DNA of 59,088 nucleotides, the filler included, from Dimargaris cristalligena (Eukaryota), in assembly GCA_003614675.1 (NCBI GenBank). It is 2 parts of 2 records of this genome, joined end to end, with 100 filler letters (N's around TTAATTAATTAA, not from the genome) between each part and the next. Parts side by side here need not be neighbours in the genome. Positions count along the whole stretch, not along the records: positions 1 to 29,564 come from ML002482.1; 1 more part is not named here. The stretch is one strand, 5' to 3'. The position numbers were made by a program, and so were the translations under genes. Of the stretch, positions 1-10,460 are shown one piece after another. Each line of letters begins with the position of its first letter. Positions within the stretch are counted from its first letter, which is position 1. The notes below the pieces were generated by a model, which saw nothing but the letters and a program-made list of their open reading frames with translations, had not been told where the DNA came from and searched no databases.

Positions 1-839
1 GGATCAGTCAAGCTGCCCTTGTATGGCATTGCCGCATAGGAACACATCATCATCATCATCATCATGCTGCCCAGCATCCATTCGACTGCACGTATACGCA
101 CATTCCATGTCGACTCCATTCCATTCCATGATGATGATCCAGCACATTCTGGCTGACTGGTGCATGCATGGAGCGGATGCCGGCAAAGGCGACTATCCGC
201 TGGCCACTTGCAGGCATGGACTGCGCAATGCTCATGGGCATGCTGTGCTGGACGGCGATGAGCGGCAATGGATGGGTGGTGGTGGTCGATGGTGCGAGCA
301 TGCACTCGACTTCCCTCTCTCCATCCCTCCCAACCAGCCAGCAACAACCACTCTGTGTGCGGATATGCCAGTGCCTGATGGCATGCATGCTGCCTACACG
401 CGTATCCGCTCCAAGCAAGGACGCTTTATTCTACTGTGCGGTGATGGTTGAGCAATTGCAAAGTCCATACATGCCACAGCAGCATCAGAATAACCATGCC
501 AACTACTATGCATGGATATGTGGATGGCACAATGGAGCACATTGACAAACAACAATAAAGCAGGCAATGACAAGCATGGACAATGAGTGGGTGTGCATAG
601 CAGCAAGCAGTGATGGACATGCATGTTTATTCATGGTGTGTATGAACGAATGAATGGCAATGGAGATGTGTGTGGTGATAGTGGGATGGAAGGATGGACA
701 AGTGGGCAGTGCATCCATCATTGTGGCAATGGACAGTGGCGTGTGTGGAGGAGAGTGGACGAGTTGGTAGGAAGAATGGGTTGATCATTGAATGGCATCA
801 CCACCCACACAATGCACCCATTCTGGCTGTGTGATGATC

Positions 840-1230
840 AGCCACTGTGTGGATGTGTGGATGTGTGGATGTGTGGATGCTGGATAATGGATGATGGATG
901 TGTGTGGTGGACAGAGGAATGGCCGGATGGGCGGGCAGATTGTGTGGATGGAGGATGTGTGCTGTGTGCTGTGTGGAGGGAAGGGCAGATGGATGGATGG
1001 ATGATGGATGTGTGGTGGATGATGGTGGATGGACGTGTGTGGATGGATTGTGCGGTGGATGACGGATTGGGTGGATTGTGCGGTGGATGGTGGATGTGGA
1101 TGTGGCGGTGATGAGCAGGCAGATGGCGAGAGGAGCGTGTGGATGGTGGATGGATGGGCAGATGGATGATGGACGTGTGATGGCAGGCAGATTGGTTGTG
1201 GTGGATGTGGTGGATGGACGTGGATGGCAT
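840..1230 (+). repeat. Low-complexity GGAT/GTG simple-repeat tract
   Basis: Degenerate tandem ggat, gtggat and ggatgt units. These produce the spurious His/Pro and Trp/Met ORFs in the track. Confidence 0.8.
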
Positions 1231-1895
1231 GGCCATTCGGTGCTGTTCCCTGTTTGTCGATGCCACTGTGTGTGCCCGACTGATGATCAAGGATTGCTGC
1301 ACACCATGATAACCAGCATGCATCCATGAATCATGGCAAAGATGGCGACCATAGGAACTGTGGCCATTCACCACATTTCCCCATTGCCATGATGATGATG
1401 ATGATGATGATGAGAGCATGGTGCAGCATGCAGTCATCGTGCAGAATAGTGCCGCGATACTAGTCGCAATGGCCAGAGTGGCGCGTGTGGCTTGCACAGC
1501 TGACGAGCACGCCATGCTCGGAGTGAGTGGAGGTGCTTGATGCGTGTGGCAAGTGCCCACTCCTTCCTCGCTTGCTGCACTCAACAGCGCGCCCCACTCT
1601 GTCATCTGTGCTCGCCATTGAGCCGCATCCTCCTCCTCCTCCCGGCATGCCTGTGGCACTTCCATAAGACAGCATCTTGTATGGTCAACATCATCACACA
1701 TGCATGCTTGTTTATTCATATGGTGCATATGGTCAAAGATGGATGGGGCACCACATACAGCATTGCATTCATGTAATGGATGATGATGATGATGATGGAG
1801 AAGTAGATGATAGACTTGCACCGAGTGATGATGGTGGCAGCTTGAATGGGATGGACAGCAACGAAGGGACTTGCTTGCTCCAATGGACCACGATA

Positions 1896-3140
1896 TTATT
1901 GTTGCTTCCATGGCACGCCTTTATGTTTGTTTGCCTTGCCCGCTGAGCATGATATTAGTTTACCTATGCTATCGTCGCATAGACACTTACTCGCTATCCA
2001 CACAATAACAGCATATGATCCAGGCGTTCCATTGCAATCAGCGCGACGAATGAGATGGTCATTGTAAGGACTTACGTTCTATTTGCAATGTGGCCATAGT
2101 CGAATGGGCATTTCATTGTGGTTAGTGACGGTGAATGGAATGATGCATATGCTAGCTTACCTTCTACTCGCAAGGCAATAGCACGAATACATTGGACATA
2201 TCATAGGATTAGCACATCGAATGGAGCGCAATGGCAAATGGCTTACTATCTGCTCATCAAGCAATAGAAGGAAGAGGCAACAAAGAGCAGTTAGCATACA
2301 CCAAGCATGAAGTTCGCTGCATTGACTTACGGGCTGCTCATATAACAATCACGTAGTCAGGATGATACACATTGCGGTTAGTGCCTTGCATGAAGTGGCC
2401 TGTGTGTGGAGACTTACACCCTATTCGCAAGCAGTAGGATGTTAGATAGAGAGTGAATGGCATGTACAGTGACTTACACCCTATACATGGGATAGCCATC
2501 GAGCATTGGTGTTCCATTGTGATTAGCGCAGTGTGTGGTGTGGCATATGCAGCCACTTACAGCCTGTGCACGACATAGACATGGAGCGTGAACGTTGCAT
2601 TGCGGTTAGTGCGCTGGACAAAGTGCTCGACCTAGATGGACTTACGGGCTATCCGCCACATAGCCATAGAGCGTGGATATTAGCATGATGTGCGATGCAG
2701 CATGAGTGGCCGCTTACCATCTATTTGCAAGCGAGCCATGGCACATGGAGCGTTCGCTGTGATTAGCACGATGATCGGCATGATAACAAGCAGCTACCTA
2801 CACGCTGCTCATATGATAGGCAGCAAACAAGCACGGGCCATTGTTGTTAGCATAATGAATGCTGCGGCTCATGCTGCGACTCACCAGCTATTCATAGCAT
2901 GGGCAGCGTGCGGATGTTCCATTGTGATTAGCGCATAGAATAGAATGGTGCTGGTGCAGGCTTACGAACTATCATATCATAGACATGCACACGTTAGCTA
3001 TTTTATTCTGATTGTTGCCACTCCTGCCATGACCTACTTCCACGACGGACCAGTGCAGGCTGTGCATCGACGGCGGCCGAACCAGCGGCAACAGCAGCGG
3101 CTACGACGGCGACAATGGTGATGACGGCGGATATCTTCAT
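1896..3140 (-). CDS. Micro-exon gene: 15 exons, 13 of them 3 nt, encoding a 62-aa secreted prepro-peptide MKISAVITIVAVVAAAVAAGSAAVDAQPALVRRGIPAYARWWSHKEPTGKANKHKGVPWKQQ
   Basis: Exon 1 is 3140-3038 (hydrophobic signal peptide, LVRR, phase 1). The 3-nt exons are 2968-2966 TTC, 2887-2885 CTG, 2804-2802 CGT, 2720-2718 ATG, 2648-2646 CCC, 2563-2561 GCT, 2480-2478 GGT, 2420-2418 GGT, 2333-2331 CCC, 2249-2247 ATA, 2163-2161 AAG, 2078-2076 AAC and 1993-1991 CGA. The last exon is 1942-1896, ending TAA. All 14 introns (48-84 nt) are GTRRG...CTRAY...YAG and the joined frame has no internal stop. Confidence 0.85.
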
Positions 3141-3344
3141 GGTGGTGGCGGTGTTGCTGGACTAGTCAATAGTGCAGGAGGGTATAAGCAGAGCGATGGA
3201 TGCTGTGGTGTGTGTGTGTGTGTGTGCGTGTGTATGTTGTTTGGCGGTCGCCGCCATGTTTGCTATGCTTGATGGATGGAAAAAGATAGTGCTTTTAAAA
3301 TGATTAAAGGTCGGCTTTATTGCAGCAAGTAGGAGTGCGCAGTC

Positions 3345-4406
3345 ATGTTGGCATTGGACATCGCGAATGGGCGGCATCATCGCTCATGGCCATTCTTTCT
3401 TTTTGTTGCTACTCTCATGCATTCCTCGCGCTCCACCGACACGGCCGCTAAGGAGCCGCCGGATTACAGCGCGCTATCGCTGGCCGAGCTAAAGGTAGGA
3501 GCAAACACAGCTTCTTTCTCGCTATATATGCTGAGACACCTGGCGGGGAATTGCTTGTAGGAACTGGCGCGCAAGTATGGTCTTCGGCCCAGTTCGAAGC
3601 AAGTCATGGCCAAGCAATTGCTCAAAATATGGACCTATCTGCATACACCGCGCGAGACGACCACCGAGGATGCAGGAGAGTCGGTGAATGATGGGCGCGC
3701 AGAGCCATGCACTGCTGAGGAGGAGACGACGACAGCGGTGCAAGTAGACAAGCAGCAGCAGACGACGACGACGACAGCGGAGCATTCCATCATCGAGCTG
3801 TCGACCGACTCGTCCGGCGAAGAGGAGGCAGAAGCACTCGTGGCCAATCTATCTCGTTTGCAGGTGCACGAGCACGATGCTGATGATCCATTGGAGCATG
3901 CAGAGGATGCGGGTGCGGATATCCTGCCGAGCGATGCTGTGCTCGTCTATGATGGCGAAGAAATAGAGGAGGAAGCAGAGGAGGAGGACGAGGCGGATGC
4001 TCCTTGCGAAATAGACACAAAAGAAAAGATTATACAGGCCATACGGAGGGATAAGCAGCTCTACACCAATATGCTACACTATCGGGTAAGTGGAGAAGGG
4101 AGAAGAATGCTAGGCGGATAGGCATGGCGATGTAGTTTATTATTGACGACGGTATTGCTAGCCTATTGAGATTGAGGCGTTGCATAGACAGCTGGACGCG
4201 CAGGACATTGTATGCACCGTGGGCCAGCTGCGGCAGTTGCTCGAGAGTGAGGTAATACTAGGGGAAGAGGAGAAGGGGGGCATCCACAACTAGTTGTGCT
4301 TAGCCTACTACCATGCCATTGCTATCAGGGCATTGTCGTCTATACGGCACAGTCGTCCGGGCGAAGAATAAGGACACGGCATAAAATAAACGAGCAGAGT
4401 TTGTAA
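3345..4406 (+). CDS. SLX4: SLX4-like structure-specific endonuclease subunit (SAP motif plus C-terminal Slx1-binding domain), 4 exons
   Basis: Exons 3345 (or 3417)-3494, 3561-4085, 4162-4251, 4329-4406 with GT-AG introns. Spliced PDYSALSLAELK|ELARKYGLRPSSKQVMAKQLLKIWTYLH is a SAP-type motif. IIQAIRRDKQLYTNMLHYR|PIEIEALHRQL...LRQLLESE|GIVVY resembles the Slx4 C-terminal domain. The start codon is uncertain. Confidence 0.75.
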
Positions 4407-4949
4407 CCAAGCATGCTGCTTGCAGATGGCGGAGGCATGACTTCAATGGATTGCTACCTTGAAACAATGGTCATAGATGGAAAGACAAGGCGGCCGGCAG
4501 ATGGAGCATGCCATTACTCCAAACAGACTGCTCCTGCCGCCTCTCCTTATCATCGATCAGTACCGCGCACAAACCGGTAATGGTTTCATGCACGTGTCGC
4601 GCAGTCCATTGCCCACTTTATCGCCGCCTCTTGTATGATGCATTGCCACCGCCTCCTTGATTGGTGCCCTTCTATACCGGTATCCGCCTTGGTCGTCCCG
4701 GAAAGAGCTTTAAGGGTACTTATTCATGTATGGGATGTTCTCCGTAGTTGGCCGACAACGACATGCGGAGACATTCTGGCACGCCCATGGCCATGAAGCA
4801 TGTCGCGCACGAACTTGTCCCGCCGTGCAATGACATATGCCACGCCCTGGCTATAAATGAGCCATCGCTCGCCGATGCAACGCGCCATCCGCATACCACT
4901 TTGCATTCTCTCTAGCACTGCCATTACTTTCCACCCATCGCTCCTAATC

Positions 4950-4950
<1 letters not shown>

Positions 4951-5008
<58 letters not shown>
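4951..5008 (+). repeat. (CA)n microsatellite
   Basis: Perfect AC dinucleotide run of about 58 nt, just upstream of the BUD20 ATG. Confidence 0.98.
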
Positions 5009-5010
<2 letters not shown>

Positions 5011-5021
5011 AACTAGCCACC

Positions 5022-5477
5022 ATGACTCGCATGCGTCGTAAGCGTAACCACCATTCCATCCGGGATGTCAAACGCCAAGCCCGTACCCGGTGCCGTACCA
5101 AGGACCTGGACCAAATCCAAGAAGATTTACTACCCCAAAACCTGGCCAAATTCCAGGCCCAAGCGGCGGCGGTGAGTGTCAAGGAAGAGGATGCGGATTT
5201 GCCCGGTGGGGGTCGGTTTTACTGTGTTGAGTGCAGTCGGCATTTCGTGGACCCTTCGACGTTGCTGATCCATAAGAAAACTCGGGAACACCGGCGTCGG
5301 TTGAAGGAACTGGCCGCGGGCCCTGCATATACGCAGAAAGACGCCGAAGCGGCCGCGGGGTTGGCCACCGATAATGGCCCCGGACGGTCGCGGTCGTTGG
5401 CGGCGGCGGCTGCCCTGCAACGGCAGAGTGCTGCTGTTGCTGTTGCGGATATAGTAATGGATACAGCGGCTATTTAA
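5022..5477 (+). CDS. BUD20: Bud20/ZNF593 C2H2 zinc-finger 60S biogenesis factor (151 aa)
   Basis: MTRMRRKR...RTKDLDQI...DLPGGGRFYCVECSRHF...HKKTREHRRRLKEL...PAYTQKDAEAAAG, with a ccaccATG start context. The upstream THTHTH in the track ORF is the CA repeat. Confidence 0.93.
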   Translation: MTRMRRKRNHHSIRDVKRQARTRCRTKDLDQIQEDLLPQNLAKFQAQAAAVSVKEEDADLPGGGRFYCVECSRHFVDPSTLLIHKKTREHRRRLKELAAGPAYTQKDAEAAAGLATDNGPGRSRSLAAAAALQRQSAAVAVADIVMDTAAI

Positions 5478-6454
5478 TGAAAATGTGTCGAATGTTGGAT
5501 TTATTTTACTTTCCTTTCCATCGCTGGACTCGCGATAACCGGCCATCATGACCGTTGGTCTATTTTCCCAAAATGAAATAAACGTTTATTCTATAGCGTT
5601 CTTTAAACTATTGTATTATTGCCCATTGCTTTGGGATTAGACTGTGTCTATTCTTGGTGGAGAAGGGTATGGAAAGGCGTCGGTGATAATGTGACCCAAA
5701 GATGTACAGGGGGGTGTGTCGTTGTAATCAGAACATTTAGATTGGGCCCTGATGAGTTCGATAGAAGCTGAACTTCACCATGCCTAACTCGCGAATACGA
5801 CATATCAGTAAGGGTCGCTCATCGTCAACTTTTATTAAAACAATAGCTGAACCACAATGTTTCGTTACACTTCGAGTTAACTATTCACCACCAAAAGACC
5901 TATATAACAACGGAACAGTAGCTCACTAAACCCATATCACAATAGTGCTAAACATGACCGACCAATTCATTAATCACATCGTACAATTCTACTAATTACA
6001 TCTCTGATCATACAATTCCCCAAGGTTTCTCCATAATCCAAAATCGGCCCCAACAGATCATATTCATTATATAACAACACAGTTTAGATGTGTGTTGGTT
6101 TTTTAATTGCTGGATCCACGTAGAGTTACAAGTTTAATGATACTAGCGTGGCGCATATGTGTACCGGCATAAACACAAGAAGGAGTGGCAAGGGGGAGGG
6201 TGATATTGGGAAGACGGAGTTGTTGTGTATATAAGGAATGGCAGTGCGTACCAGAAGACAGGGAAAGGGAATGCGCAATATTATTATAGGGGAAGGAGGG
6301 AAGATTAAGGACAGGGAAGAGTAATATATAGTTTTTGATACTACTATTCCACCACCACCCCCTTAATAGCCTGCCGCCCCCTCCATTCTATACTATAAAC
6401 TACTCCACCCCTCTTTAAAAATATTCCATGTCAACAAAGTAAAGACATGCAAAT

Positions 6455-7456
6455 CTAGACCCGGGAAGGGTACATCATCACACGGACCATGGAACCGAAC
6501 GAGCAGGGGGGCAGGTTGGTGGTGAAGCGAGCACGCACGACCCCGGAGTTACCGTGGGGGCGGGCAATGCGGCCCCAGATGACGCGGACCTTGGAGCCAT
6601 TGGAGTTCTTCTTGGAGCCCTTGTAGATGTAGGCCACGCGCTTGCCGAGATAGAAGTCGGTTTCGGCCTTGGTAGCCACGTTCTCGAGCTGGATCAGGGA
6701 GACATTGGGGTGCTGGGAGTGCTTGGAGCGCTTGTAGCCCAGAATGCGACCACGGGTATGCAGACTATAAGATACAGACGATAATTCCATAATTATAACC
6801 GTTGACGAGCACGACACAAAGGGCCAGGGATAGTTATAAATAAATAAATATATATACATAATCAGAATATGAGTTAGCCACGCATGTCCTCTCTTTCAGA
6901 GGTGGTGTGAATTGTGTAGTCGACCTGAATGTCCCCCCTCGTAGACTGGTGAACTCTCGTGTTCTAATGTAATGGTGAGGCTAGGCTAGGCTGGGGTAGA
7001 TGGCTGGTGAGGGATTCCGTTTCGATTTGTTCGCGGTGTGGAACTGCCGAACCAAAAGACTAGGGTGCCGCAGCTCCACCGCCCGATTGCGAGTTAAAGT
7101 CGAGGAAAGCCAGTGTATACGTAACCAGGGCGTTTCGTACGAGGCCGGCGATTCACCACACCACCGAGGGGAGCGGTCTCAAGGTGATACTTGGATGCAT
7201 CCATCCATCCATCTTTCCCCAGCCATCCATCCATTAGAGTATTTTTCGCCAGTCGACCATTCGCGTACAGTATTGTTGCGCACTCTACTCGTTCGCTGGT
7301 CGTCAGATAGGGAAGGGAGGATTGGTTGCGACTGCGAAGGGTGCGGACAGTAGCGGTCGCGATCGAACTTGGAGGGGGGAGTAGCGGTTAGTAGTAGTAG
7401 TAATAGTAGTAGGTGGGTGACGGGGCGATGGGCACTTACCGAGTAGGTTGAGCCAT
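6455..7456 (-). CDS. RPL33: 60S ribosomal protein eL33 (L35A), 2 coding exons
   Basis: Exon 1 7456-7440 (MAQPTR), intron 7439-6765 (GTAAGT...TAG, 675 nt), exon 2 6764-6455 [13 protein letters not shown]...[12 protein letters not shown]...[20 protein letters not shown]...[10 protein letters not shown]. Confidence 0.95.
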
Positions 7457-8029
7457 TGCGATGTGGTTCCACGAAATCTACGACGAAGAAACGGTGTGTA
7501 GGTTAAAGTGAAGAAAGAGAGGGAGTTCGATACTTTACATCAACAATCAATATAAGACATTGTTAGGCACTATGAGCAGGTGGTAGATAGGTGGGGTGGA
7601 AATAATCCACACACACACACATCCCCCTCCTTCTTCGCTATGCTCACCCATATCCTCTACCCCTCAATATTGGCCTATCTTCCGGAAATTCTTCTTATAA
7701 AATTGCCCATGGTGGTATGTTTATTTACATACTCTAATGGGATAGGACAATACATAGCACTGATATTGGATCATTATTATGCCCGCTTAATTTAGCATAG
7801 GCTCTTACTATACGCTAAAGAAGCAGTCGCTGTGGTGAGGCTTACGGGACTGCGCCGCTCCCCTCTGTCATTTGCCCTGCCTAAAAGACCAACTGGCTTA
7901 TATGACAGTAAGACATTACACACCCACCGTTCATTCCCACTATGAGTTTCCCCTCTCTCTCTAGCCATCCGAGTTGAATCGTCTCATTCCATCCCAGTCC
8001 ATTCCAGTCCAGTCCTATTTCCTCCTCTA

Positions 8030-9297
8030 ATGTCGCTTCTCGCCGCTGAGCGCCGGGTGGCCATCGAGGCTGTGGTTCAAGCCTGTCGAGCCTGCCGGTC
8101 CGTTTTCAACCAACTTGTCACTGGTGAAACCCTCATCAAGTCCGACCGCTCCCCAGTCACTGTCGCCGATTTCAGTGCCCAAGCGGTAGTCAACCGTTAC
8201 CTAGCCACCCATTTCCCGGACGATGCCATCATCGGTGAAGAAAGTGCCCAGGACCTCCGACCCGATACCCCAGTGGCCCATACCCTTTGTAACAAAGTGC
8301 TGGAGTTGACCAATGCGGTCCTACCGAAACCCGCCCTGACGCGGACCCAGTTACTGGACACCATCGACTGGGGAGCGCTGTCCGCGGGCCGGAGCAAAAG
8401 GAGCCGCCGGCACTGGACGCTGGACCCGATTGACGGAACCAAAGGATTCCTGCGCGGCGACCAGTACGCGGTATGTCTCGCTTTGATTATCGATGGGCAG
8501 GTGGAACTAGGCGTCATGGGCTGTCCGAATCTACCGGCGGGATCAACAGCCACAACAACGACGGCTCAGGATCAGCTGGCCCCGGGCTTTTTATTTATTG
8601 CCGAACGGGGTCGCGGGGCCTTTAGCCGACCCGTCGAGTCCCCCGACGCTTCGGTCCCCATCCAAGAAACCCCCATCCGGGTGTCCGGTAATACGGATCT
8701 AACGCAGGCCGTAGTCTGCGAGTCGGTGGAAGCGGCCCATTCGTCCCACTCTGATGCCCAGCGTATCGGCCAGTTACTTGGAATCCAAGCCGATCCTTTC
8801 CGCATGGACAGTCAGTGCAAATACGCATGTTTGGCCCGCGGCGAGGCCGATATTTATCTACGTTTGCCGACCCGTGCGGACTACATCGAAAAGATTTGGG
8901 TAAGTGAGGCTGATAGCGATTAACCCGTAGAATTTGACTTATTTGTTGTTATTGGACTGCGATGGTTTGGTGGATGACAGCCGCACGTACTATAGACCAG
9001 CAGCGAACTTGTACTTACCACTATGGTATGCTGACTAAATCTACATTTTCATTTGGGATATTTATTTTTTTCGATGTTGCCCCTTCCCTTATGCAACCAT
9101 TACACCGTATGTAGGATCACGCCACAGGGTCTCTGTTAGTCGAAGAGGCCGGCGGAATTGTCACCGATATCTACGGCAAGCCGCTTGATTTCTCGGTGGG
9201 ATCATTTCTGAGCCGCAACAAGGGGGTGATCGCCTCTAGCGCCCAATTACACCCCCAAGTGCTGAAAGCGGTGCAAGAAACCCTCAATATTGAATAG
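8030..9297 (+). CDS. MET22: 3'(2'),5'-bisphosphate nucleotidase (HAL2/MET22 family)
   Basis: Motifs KSDRSPVTVADF, IIGEE, WTLDPIDGTKGFLRGDQYAVCLAL, DSQCKY and EKIW|DHA. Intron 8900-9114, exon 2 9115-9297. Confidence 0.95.
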
Positions 9298-10460
9298 AGT
9301 ATTAATTTGGATAGACTATGTTTGGCTGTGCAATGTAGACTTTATGTATATTTAACGTTCATGTGGGTTTTCAGTTTTTGAATACTTTACATCTTTACTG
9401 CGAGAATATAAGTAGCCCCCGGCTCTTTGCCAATCCCAGGTAATATTAATGCAGTATTGGTATGCCTTATTTATTACACCCATCACCTGTCACTCCTATA
9501 TGACGGGTTCACCATTCCAGCATTTTACTAAAGTGGACAAGTGGGTCCAAATATCTAAGTAGAGAGGGTGTTAACCTGTTACTGGTGATAGCCAAATAAT
9601 ACAAATAAAAGTAGCCCACATAATACCCTCCTCCACTTACACAGGGGATAAATTACCCTCTCCCCCCCTACTCTTGTTTAACTGACTGTTGCTGAAGTTA
9701 TGGGGGAATACAACACTAGAGAGCCACCACCACATTGCCATAGACTTGTTCGGGAAAGAAGTAGAGGTATGACTTGACGGCTCCACAATAACTTCATTTC
9801 AACAGTCCTTTCATTCTAAATTCGTTCCATACCCCTCTTCCCCACCAATAGCCTATAGGGGTGCATGTTGCCCATATGGCGCTAGCAACATAACTTTGGG
9901 GGTATATGTTAGCATTAAAACAAGTGTAAGGAAAGAAAAGACCCACGTTTATTGATTGACTATTGATTCACAATATATGTCCCATAATGGGTTTACTATT
10001 GGTTAGTCCTCTAACAGTATAACCCAAGTTAGCCTAGGCCTTCTCCATGTTCCCCTTTAGTACAAATCGGACCGTTCCCCCAATCATTTATGACTAAATA
10101 CTGGCGAGAGTGTGTTCTTGAAAGCCATTCACGAGGTTCCTTATCACACTGGTTGGACTGAATCTGCCTAGTAGACAAGCTCCCATTATGTCAGATTCCC
10201 TCTGATGGGCTGCCTGCCCTGAGTTTGTTTGCCCCATGTTCTTTTCAAAAATCTGATGTGTATTTGGCAGTCTATGTTAATGAATAGTTTACATTGCCTT
10301 GGCTAGCCGCCAACCCACCACCAACCATTGGGGTACCCAACTGGTCACCCATTGAACCAATAGCCAGCCCCGTCCATTTACATCACCTACCAGGCTCAAG
10401 CACAATGCCGAACCCAAACTCAAGCCCAGCAAGTCCGTAGGCCCATCAGCCCAAGCTGCA

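Noticed and set aside
785..1911. Long His/Pro-rich ORFs (357 aa and 180 aa)
   Set aside because: They are translations of GGAT/GAT simple repeats with no domain or consistent codon bias.
1986..2970. Regularly spaced CTTAC motif read as a CRISPR-like or satellite array
   Set aside because: The conserved words are reverse-complement splice signals (GTAAG, YAG, CTAAY), not 25-40 nt identical repeats. The context is eukaryotic and there are no cas genes.
4857..5021. N-terminal extension of BUD20 with THTHTH
   Set aside because: It is read-through of the CA microsatellite; family similarity starts at Met 5022.
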